Source: Schizochytrium sp. TIO01
Lineage: Eukaryota > Protista > Bigyra: Labyrinthulomycetes
Assembly: GCA_004764695.1 (NCBI GenBank)
Contig: SMSO01000025.1
Span: 4,504,862 to 4,568,861 of the forward strand
Length of the DNA stretch: 64,000 nucleotides
Direction: 5' to 3'
The translations under genes and the position numbers were made by a program. The notes beneath the pieces are model-generated. The model was not told the DNA's origin. It made no database searches and saw only the letters and a list, made by a program, of their open reading frames with translations. Positions 55,590 to 64,000 of this stretch are shown piece after piece (position 1 is the stretch's first letter; every line of letters starts with the position of its first letter).

Positions 55590-56693
55590 TGCGTGCCGAA
55601 GGAGTTTGCGCTTTGCGAGAGCGAATCCGGCTATTCATTCGAACTCCTTCAAATCCAAATCATCGTCTCATTTGCTTCTTTTTATTCTTTCTTCTTCTTT
55701 TTTCTTCTTCTTTTTCTTTTCTTTTTCTTTTATTTTATTTTCTCTTGTTTTGACGACTCAGAGTCATACACTTCTTGAACTTTAAAACCTGAAAGAATCA
55801 ACCTTCATCTTCGTTATTTAGAGTCAAAGATGTTCGCTGCGAATTACTTGAAGATAAAGTCTGCTTTGTGAAGCAGAGCGGAGCTCACCTGTTAGCCCTG
55901 GTATGTATTTCTTGGGTAATTCAATAGGTAAACAGGTATCTTGAGAGTTTGCACGGCCTCCAATTGCAATCGGAATGCAGGATGAGTGCTTGATATGTCT
56001 TCACAGAAGCAGCTTGGGCATGTTACTCCGAAGGTGGTAAGAATTCAACTGGCCATGTGGACATATGAGATGAAACCATATACTAGTAGTAGAAGCGTTC
56101 ACTATGTGACTGGGCCAAATGACACCAAAAAGATTAGATTGACTTTCCAAGTGATTTGGGTAACGTCAAGCCGTGGATACTTCAGGCAACTCTATTAAAT
56201 ACAGGTCGTTACGATAGGATGAGTTTTGGCGAAGCCTTTCGCAGAGTAGACGGAAGATCTGCGTAGTTCCCTCGAGAGAACAGTTTGGCCCTGTCGATAA
56301 CTAAAAGTATAATTGCATACAATGCATCAACTAGATGCATGAAGTTCTTATTCTTGAAATTGGCACCCTGCTATTAGGAAATGTTGGTTAGTCAAATGTT
56401 GTTGGTAATGATTCGTTGAAAAACCTCAATAGTCTGAGTACGTACGTATCAGAAAGGCATGAAATTTTGATATTGTCCATGTGAACAAATACAATCAGCA
56501 ACGAACCCAGGCTCGAAAATGGCATTCAAAGCCGAAACTTGACGGTAAAAAAGAGAGAGAATTAAACAGAACGTGAAGACATAGTTGATTTGACAGCGAA
56601 ACTAGGATCAGTAAGAGGGGTCGAAGTGGACAAACTACTTTAAGAAAGTGCAATACGGAGTTTTCTAGAGAATTGCATGTACGGTTGCAAAAC

Positions 56694-57617
56694 TTACTCA
56701 TCCGAGTTGTTTCTTTTTGAACTTGAACACGTGCAAGGAAGGACGCAGCCCATGCAATAGCAGCTACAAAAAGTGACAGAACAAGAACCATCAAGTGGGT
56801 TGTAAGTAAAAGGCGCACCTTTCTCGTAGTAGAGGTAGTCAAGAAGAATCGTTGAGGCAATCATCGATGCCTTTTCCTCTGGAGGCATGTTAGGAGGGAA
56901 CTGGATGGTGTAAGTGTCAGAATCAGTGGCAGCTTCGGCAAGAGCAGTTTTTAGGTCACCAGGCCTTCGTTTAACGATTTCTCCCGGAACTTCATTGTTA
57001 TCCTTATCAACATAAACAATTTGAAATTCCATATCCTTGCAAAGCTCGACGAGTCCGCCAAGACAACAGGAGGGCCCTGTCACTGTTGAGTGCACAACCT
57101 CGTCACGTGACATAGTCTCGATTGTTGGTGTAAATCCACCACCAAATAGGGGAACCTTGGCATGTGCAAAATAGTTACCGCCACTGTCCTGGATTGCAAG
57201 CTCGGGGCGGCAAATGTCCGCAAAAGCGCAGCAACAACATTTGAAGGGCTTAATAGCGTGCATCATATAAGGATTGGCCGATGTACTGTTGCGCAAGTCA
57301 AGGAAGTGGAGCTTGGCCTCGTGGTAAGGTGAGAAGCACAAACGGCAACATACACCACTTTCCTCCGTTACATGAATAATTTCCTCTCCTGTGTCAGCGT
57401 CAAAAATTTGGTACTCATTCGCAAGTTCAAGGCAGGGACAACCTAGCTGCTGAGCTGCTGCCTCTAGAAGATGAACCTTTTGCTTGATGAGGATGTTTTC
57501 CCTTCCTTCGATACTAGCAAATCCACCAACAAGGGTATTTGCCGAGTTATCATACACATTCGCCACCGGATAGTCACCTTCCTGCGGCGAAACCATGACC
57601 TCCATTGATTTCGTCAT
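56694..57617 (-). CDS. Phospholipid scramblase (PLSCR family)
   Basis: ILIKQKVHLLEA, ELANEYQIF, EESGVCCRLC, KPFKCCCC, TDSDTYTIQFP..MPPEEKASMIASTILLDYLYYE, plus a Cys-rich tail. First ATG at 57617; the ORF track starts at a TTG at 57695. Confidence 0.9.
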   Translation of the reverse strand: MTKSMEVMVSPQEGDYPVANVYDNSANTLVGGFASIEGRENILIKQKVHLLEAAAQQLGCPCLELANEYQIFDADTGEEIIHVTEESGVCCRLCFSPYHEAKLHFLDLRNSTSANPYMMHAIKPFKCCCCAFADICRPELAIQDSGGNYFAHAKVPLFGGGFTPTIETMSRDEVVHSTVTGPSCCLGGLVELCKDMEFQIVYVDKDNNEVPGEIVKRRPGDLKTALAEAATDSDTYTIQFPPNMPPEEKASMIASTILLDYLYYEKGAPFTYNPLDGSCSVTFCSCYCMGCVLPCTCSSSKRNNSDE

Positions 57618-59778
57618 CTTCACCTCTTCGATGTAGTGCCCAGTTGGCTTCTCTTTACCCTCAACCTCAACTCGAGTATTTTGGTTTTGCTTCAATCTTC
57701 ACTTTTGCACGCGCTGCGCGCTCCTTTGTTATTTCCCTCGCTGCGATCCCTCAACTGCCTCTTAAGTAGCCTCATACCGTAAAATATACCACTTCTGGGG
57801 AGTTCCAATTATCTGTTGTCGGCCGGTAAGTAAGAATTGAGAAATAGATTGATTGATCTGAGAGTGAAGTCCAAATTATCATATGCAACGTAAGTGTGAA
57901 ACCCTAGCCCACTTTTTGCTATTCAAATGTTTCTATTCTCCTACTTCAGAGACTTGCTGAGATCGATGAGGTCACGAAAGCGTGCGGATGCAAGAGAGTG
58001 CTAATTATTATTGGCGGTGGAAAAAGAACTTAGAAATTCTCTCTAACCACGATGAGAACGAAAGCAAAATTAGAAATCCTGGTCCCAAGGAGTGCAGGTG
58101 CCTATTCGTCAACTCGGTAAACAGCCTGCAACATATGCTTTGCGACTTTGGCTTATCTAGCTGACAGCCTGGAGTGCTGCTGCCGAGACTCTGGCTGCAA
58201 AGGCGCCTACTAATTTAAAAAATAAAAGATTTTTCCCTTCTTTTTTTAAATACAAAGACTAGACTCAGTGCTGACTGGGAGGAAGAAAGAAAAGAAAAAA
58301 GAAAATATAGCTACTGTTTTCTTTTCTTTTTCACGCGCTGAGCGTGCATATAGGTACACACTAATACACAACGAATGAGCTGATGTTCCAGCACTTCATA
58401 TGCCAAGGCTGCGAATCCTGCGAGGGATCCCGGTTCATGAGTGTGGACATAGACAATGACCAGTGCAAACTGTTTTCAAGGTGGAAGATAAGAGCGATCA
58501 GCAAGTATACTTGGCCACGACAAAAATGCACCAACAATGTGAGCTAGGTACATTGGAGTTAGAAACTAGAAATTCAACGCTGACGTTCTCAGGTTGCACG
58601 ATAGCTCCACTCTGAGGCATTGCCTACCATATAGATAGCTTTGAGATGCATAAACATGTGAACGCTTGTTCTGAGATACTCTGGAAGCAGTAATCGAGCG
58701 CTGTGCTGCACAACAACCATTGAATTATCTAATAGAAGAAGTCGAAAGCAAGACCTTGGGGTGTGCATGGTGATCACGATTGACCACTCATCTGTGCGTG
58801 CGCAAAGTTTATATTAGCTACTGCAAAATTGATTTCAGTGGACTTTGCATCCCAGTCATAATCCTGAACTGACGATCGGAGCACATTCGTGAAAGCTCAT
58901 TAATTAGTGCCATCTTTTGACAGTATATAGCATTTTCTAGCTGTGGCGTTTTAAGTATTTGCTACATTTTCCAGCACAGGAAATTTCCAGTTTTTCAATC
59001 AGTCGCAGATAGTGCACAACAGGAAGATAGCTCAGAGAAACTAGAAAAATACATTTTACCTAGGTAGTTGACGAATTCGCTTAGGTGCCGCCCGAGACAC
59101 CGAGGCTCGTTGGCTAAGTTTGGACTTTATTTATAAGTTCTATAAAAGAATTAACTATGACCGTCGTGATTGTCTTCGAGGCACCTCAATCGCGGCACTG
59201 CTTTATCAAATTAAAAATAGATTTTTTTATCTATCATCTTCACTTGTGTTTATGGTCATGCTTATAGATCTGAAGTAATACTGTGTATGATCCTCTTGGG
59301 TGGGCATTTCAATAGCTCTGAAACACGGTGATATCTGTTTCATGATGGTGAACAGCGCCACTTAATAAGACATCAAAAACGCTTGAGAGCATCTCTTTCG
59401 ACAATTACTTTAAAGGCTCCTTGACTCTAACTAATGCATTGTAGCATTGTTCGTCACAGTTAGTGCCAGCAAGTGAAGGGATATACTCCATCATGAAATT
59501 AAACGATTTTCTACCTGTCTCTCAACTTTGCAAGGTCATATGCTCTGCAAAATCCGTTGGCACATTTTGAAATTTTACACCATATATCAGCAATATTATC
59601 ACATAGGATTGGAGCTGGAGTTGGCAACAATCCTTTAGAAAGAGAGCACACGAATATAGAAAAAACTCTCACAGAGGCAGATTTAACAAATTACAAAGGT
59701 AAAAGTAGCTAAGCGCAGGTTTGGGTATGTCACGTATATCTTATACGAGCATGTGAGGTAAACATCAGACATCTTTGT

Positions 59779-62094
59779 TTAATTCCGCTTCTGCTTTTTG
59801 CCCATCGTCAATTGCGGGGCCCTTGGGACGGGAGGATTGAAGCTAAATCCGTTACGGCTCGGGTTGAATGCCTTATATTGTTGCATGGCACGTTCGTTTG
59901 GAAGAACTGGCTCGCGTTGCAGGGCCTTGGTAGCCATGGTTCGCACCTGTGGGTGATAATGGAAACGTAACTGCGCTAGCGGCCAGAAAGCAGGAGTATC
60001 GAGGCGAGTGAGACCAGGATCAACATTTGCTGTAGCATCGAGGGGGGATGGAATGACGCCGAGAGCAAGAGAGTTCGCACCTTCGATTTGATCAGCGTCT
60101 GCATCGAAGAGAGATCTGCAAACCGAGGCGTAACGCATCGTCAACATTCGCACCGTTGCAATAAGTGCCAAGCAAGCGTGAGGAGGCATCGTTGTGGCCA
60201 CAATGCTTAAACGCGTAGCGAGAGCTGCGACACGAGACTGTTGGTAGAGCTTACGGCCCAAGAAAAGAGAGTCAACACAGCTGACAACAAGCCCAACGTG
60301 GCGATCACGATCCGGTTCAGACGTGGCGAGTTTGAGAAGAAGTCGGTAAAAGTATGCAACCACTTCAGATTCGTCAGATTGAATCTCATGACCAGGACCA
60401 CGCAGGGTCAGTGAGATTGTATGCACAACCTGCAGACCAACACCGAGAGGAATGTTGTCAGCCTTGATCAAGTTGAGAAGCACAGTCATGAGGGCCTGTG
60501 CAATATCGAGGTTGATGAGGTGCACGTACTTGGAAACACCTCTCAAGATGCTTTGCATTAGAGAGGACTCAGGAGCGTACTTGAGCACACGCAAATACAT
60601 TGTAAAGAGCTCGCGAAGAGCTTCCACACTCTTGGCAAACCGATGAGTTTCGTCTGACTGGGCCTCAGCCTGAGCAAGGCCCAGGGCCACCTCGTCGTTT
60701 CTGCGGCGAGAGAGCTTCCGCTTCTTCTTGCTCTTCTTAACCTTTTCGGCGCGCACATCATCCTTCATATCACTATTGATCACACAGTGCTGGAGGACAT
60801 CAATGACATCAGGGTGAACACCACCCTTGTCACCGTTGTTCCGCAAGCGAACGAACTTGCTGATGAAGGTGACAATCTCAAGGGTGGCATCACCAGTGAC
60901 GTCATCAGCCAAAAGCGTAGAAATACATGCCACAGCTTGGGCACGAACGTCTGCAAAGCGATTGTTGAGCTGAGGAATCACATTAGTGAGCAAGTTCTCC
61001 CGAAAGTTAAAATGAGGCTTACTCACAAGCATAGTGCACTGTGCCCGCACCGCAACGAGAGCTACGGCGCAGGACTTGGGCAGTTTGCCTGCACCGCGTG
61101 TCTCAACATCCTCAAGAAGGTCGTGTTTAGTGGTCTTCAAATCCGCAAACAGCTCCGATGAGGGTCCAAGTTTACCCGAAATCTCGCTGTGCACAATCTT
61201 GAGAAAGGCCTGGTACGATTGGAGCGTATTCCGCTCGAAGTCACGAAGTTTGCGCACTTCTTTCTTCTGCTTCACGTTTGTCTCTGCCGCACTTGCTTCA
61301 CGAATACGGTATCCAGGGAGAATATCTCTAAACACCGCTACTAGCGACAATAGACTTAACTTGCGCACCCGTGTGTCGGGGTCCCTCTCAGCCATGTCGA
61401 GAAGGTGTTTAATAGGCGCTCCACCCGCAACCTTGCCGTTGACTCCGCTCTCAGGGTCGCCAAGGACTTTCTGTCCATAAATTGCAATCTCTTGCTTTTT
61501 CTCCTCACGGCGTAGCATCAGACCAGCGGCGTTGAGCTGCTTGAAGGAGTTGATCTCCTCGTTGATCTTGTTGCGCTCCTCGTCCATGCGTTCTTTGCGG
61601 CTTTTCTTGCGAGCTGCTTCTGCTTCTTCGGCTTTTTCCTTTTCAATATCTTTCTTGGATTTCTTTAAATCCTTGCTTTTGGCGCTCTCAATTGCTTCGC
61701 GTTCACCAGGCTGCCATACAAGCGAGAGAGTCGTCTTCTCAGGCTGCTCAAGCCAGGTCTGCTCTTCAAGAGATTTGGCATCCGCAACATTTCCATCAGG
61801 AGTTTTCACGGGGAGTTTGACAGCTTCTTTTTGCTTCTCAGCTTTTGCTTTTTTATCTTCCTCGTCAGCCTGACCAAGTCTTCGTTTGCGCTGGCGCTGC
61901 TCTTCCCGGGCGAGCACATCGTCCATCTCGGAATCATCGGACCCACTCAGGGATGCGATCTCATCGTCATTACCAAGAATATCAAAGCCCACCTCCGCAA
62001 GCTCCTCATTGCCAGTAAAGTCTTCGCGACGGCGCTTGCTCACCTTCCGTGAGTCGCCTTTGGCGCCCTTGCGATCGTTCTTCTGCCTCGCCAT
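59779..62094 (-). CDS. NOC3: Nucleolar complex protein 3 homologue
   Basis: KLPVKTPDG, LSLVAVFRDILPGYRIR, KKEVRKLRDFERNTLQSYQAFL, PHFNFRENLL, GVSKYVHLINLD, LRFHYHPQV. ATG in good context at 62094. Confidence 0.93.
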   Translation of the reverse strand: MARQKNDRKGAKGDSRKVSKRRREDFTGNEELAEVGFDILGNDDEIASLSGSDDSEMDDVLAREEQRQRKRRLGQADEEDKKAKAEKQKEAVKLPVKTPDGNVADAKSLEEQTWLEQPEKTTLSLVWQPGEREAIESAKSKDLKKSKKDIEKEKAEEAEAARKKSRKERMDEERNKINEEINSFKQLNAAGLMLRREEKKQEIAIYGQKVLGDPESGVNGKVAGGAPIKHLLDMAERDPDTRVRKLSLLSLVAVFRDILPGYRIREASAAETNVKQKKEVRKLRDFERNTLQSYQAFLKIVHSEISGKLGPSSELFADLKTTKHDLLEDVETRGAGKLPKSCAVALVAVRAQCTMLVSKPHFNFRENLLTNVIPQLNNRFADVRAQAVACISTLLADDVTGDATLEIVTFISKFVRLRNNGDKGGVHPDVIDVLQHCVINSDMKDDVRAEKVKKSKKKRKLSRRRNDEVALGLAQAEAQSDETHRFAKSVEALRELFTMYLRVLKYAPESSLMQSILRGVSKYVHLINLDIAQALMTVLLNLIKADNIPLGVGLQVVHTISLTLRGPGHEIQSDESEVVAYFYRLLLKLATSEPDRDRHVGLVVSCVDSLFLGRKLYQQSRVAALATRLSIVATTMPPHACLALIATVRMLTMRYASVCRSLFDADADQIEGANSLALGVIPSPLDATANVDPGLTRLDTPAFWPLAQLRFHYHPQVRTMATKALQREPVLPNERAMQQYKAFNPSRNGFSFNPPVPRAPQLTMGKKQKRN

Positions 62095-62937
62095 GGCGAC
62101 CTCCTTGGAGCGATGACTTGATAAACAAAAGCTCGAGGCTGGCGAGAGACGATGCCAAAGCTCTTTCGCAAGAACCTCCTTGACGCCTGCCCGCAAGTCA
62201 CTGACCTACGAGACGAACGATCAGGGATCTGCCCGCCAACCCGATTCCAAGGCGGCACAGCGCTGACAAGTTCACTTGAGTAGAATGGAATGGAATGGAG
62301 TGGACTCTCTCCACCATAAACTGGTGGCCTCGAAGGCCTTCCCAAAAATGCGTTGCGCTGGGGAGACCATTCTGGCACTTTTTTCTTTTCTTTTTTCTCT
62401 TTCTTTCATTATTTGTATCTTTTACGTGTTCTCTTAGTCTACCTAATAATATGTTTGTGCGAGTTTAAAAAAGCAGTTAGGAGCGGGAAAACAGCAACCC
62501 GGCATTATAGCAATTGGACGGAGTTATTCTCTTATATTGCTCTCTTCTTTTCTGTTTGGATTTTTTTCTTTTGAATCAATACAAGTAATGGTGTACCATG
62601 ACTGTCTCGAGTTCATGTTGAGTTGTTTCTATTTGAAGTCATTTGTGTCTTGAATTATCGTTAGAATGAGAGACTATCCTCCTGACGGGGCACTGCTACT
62701 TGAGATTTGCTCTGACAGCATAACAGCAAAGATGGGTAGTATCACTGAGGGTGGGTCATTTGTTGCTTTGATTGGTTTCCTTTATATATATATATATTTA
62801 AACCTCAGTTCATCATTTATAATTTATGTTCATCTATCTATAATACGTTTCTAAGACTTTAAGCGGTATACATGCATCTTCCCACGGGCATTGGTGAATC
62901 ATATTTTTGCTACATGGAAAGAATAAGAAACTTCCTA

Positions 62938-64000
62938 TTAGTGAGCTTGTTGGCTGAGAAATTCACGCATATCACGATACGCGTCCGGGGCGTCGATGCC
63001 AAGCTCCTCAAGAATTGCGTCGACAAGATCAATAGGAGATACAGGTCTCGAGTTGTCATTTTCAGAACGAGGGCTAGAACTGCTTCTAGATGGGGAAACA
63101 ATAGCGCCAGCGTGCACTAAAGTGCGAACTACCTTTGGACTTGCGCTGCGCAGACGCCTGAGCTCCGTGAGAAGTGGCGAATCGCCAAGTTTGTTCGGTG
63201 CATTTACATCAGCACCAAGGTTGATGAGAGTATCAAGAACAGCAATTATTGCATCTCCAGGAATGACTTGCAGTGCCTTGTGCAGCACAGTATTTCCCGC
63301 AAGATCACAAGCTTGTAGAGGCGCCCCTTTTTCAACTAACATCTGCAAACCTTGCACAACACATGCGCTGCTTCCATGAAAATGGTAGCCTGAAATCATA
63401 CGGTGTAGTGGTAAGAATTTGACGTCAAAATCACTCTTGAAAAATCCTACAGACAGAGCCTGCCCAAGACCTTCAAGGTCGCCTCGAAGACATGCATTGA
63501 GGACAGCCAATTTATACTCTCCAAGACCAGATGGTCCGTGTGCTGTTGAATCATCACTTTCGACGAGTTCTGATTGTTGATTTCCAGATGTTGTGCGTTG
63601 GTGGCTGCTGCGATCCCTGACAGAAGAGCGCCTCATGAGGGCGCGATTAATTACATTCTGAGGGTTTTCTTGCTCTTTCACCTCCTGCAGAAGCTGCTCT
63701 TGCGTTTGTCGCACCGCTCTTAATTCGGAATTTATTTCCTGCCCGTGTTGCTTAAGCCTCGCACGGCTACTGGCATCCTTTGAGCGGTGGGAACGAGTGT
63801 GCTGTTGATGGTTTGGGTGTATAGAACTCCTTGACAAGCCATGTTGAGAACTAGTTCCTGAAGATGCAGGGCCTCGCAATCGTTCTTTTGCCATGACATG
63901 CATTGCGCCTATCGCACTTGTGCTTGATCGGGGTGGTGCAATGGGAGGGCGGGACTTGTCTTGCCATGTGTACATGTTTACACTACGACCCTGTTGCTTC
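62938..64000 (-). CDS. Ankyrin-repeat protein, probably 5'-partial
   Basis: Ankyrin motifs PLHRMI, GAPLQACDLAGNTVLHKAL and GADVNAPNKLGDSPLL. The frame stays open upstream of ATG 63975 to the window edge (KQQGRSVN). Confidence 0.8.
   Translation of the reverse strand, partial: KQQGRSVNMYTWQDKSRPPIAPPRSSTSAIGAMHVMAKERLRGPASSGTSSQHGLSRSSIHPNHQQHTRSHRSKDASSRARLKQHGQEINSELRAVRQTQEQLLQEVKEQENPQNVINRALMRRSSVRDRSSHQRTTSGNQQSELVESDDSTAHGPSGLGEYKLAVLNACLRGDLEGLGQALSVGFFKSDFDVKFLPLHRMISGYHFHGSSACVVQGLQMLVEKGAPLQACDLAGNTVLHKALQVIPGDAIIAVLDTLINLGADVNAPNKLGDSPLLTELRRLRSASPKVVRTLVHAGAIVSPSRSSSSPRSENDNSRPVSPIDLVDAILEELGIDAPDAYRDMREFLSQQAH

Overview
Eukaryotic nuclear DNA from a gene-dense, intron-poor protist genome. 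It has long single-exon genes, a few short GT-AG introns, and AT-rich spacers with poly(A/T) runs and microsatellites. The style fits a thraustochytrid/labyrinthulid stramenopile, but that is inference. About 15 protein genes are supported: an NRPS-like A-T-R-R reductase of the glycine-betaine reductase (ATRR) type, a 3-exon CKS1 missed by the ORF track, mitoribosomal mS33, a divergent RME-8/DNAJC13, a phosphotriesterase-related pseudoenzyme fused to a Vms1-type treble-clef zinc finger, a TetX-like flavin monooxygenase, an unknown protein with an internal duplication, Tim9, a disordered SQ/TQ-rich protein with a C-terminal PIP-like box, a divergent Arf-like GTPase, a myristoylated GAF-class III cyclase, a triple DUF707-like glycosyltransferase, HEATR5, a scramblase, NOC3 and a partial ankyrin-repeat gene. 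Several genes are broken by single-base frameshifts in short homopolymers, most likely assembly errors. No rRNA, tRNA, CRISPR array or intact mobile element was recognised. All family calls come from motif recognition by eye; no database search was run.
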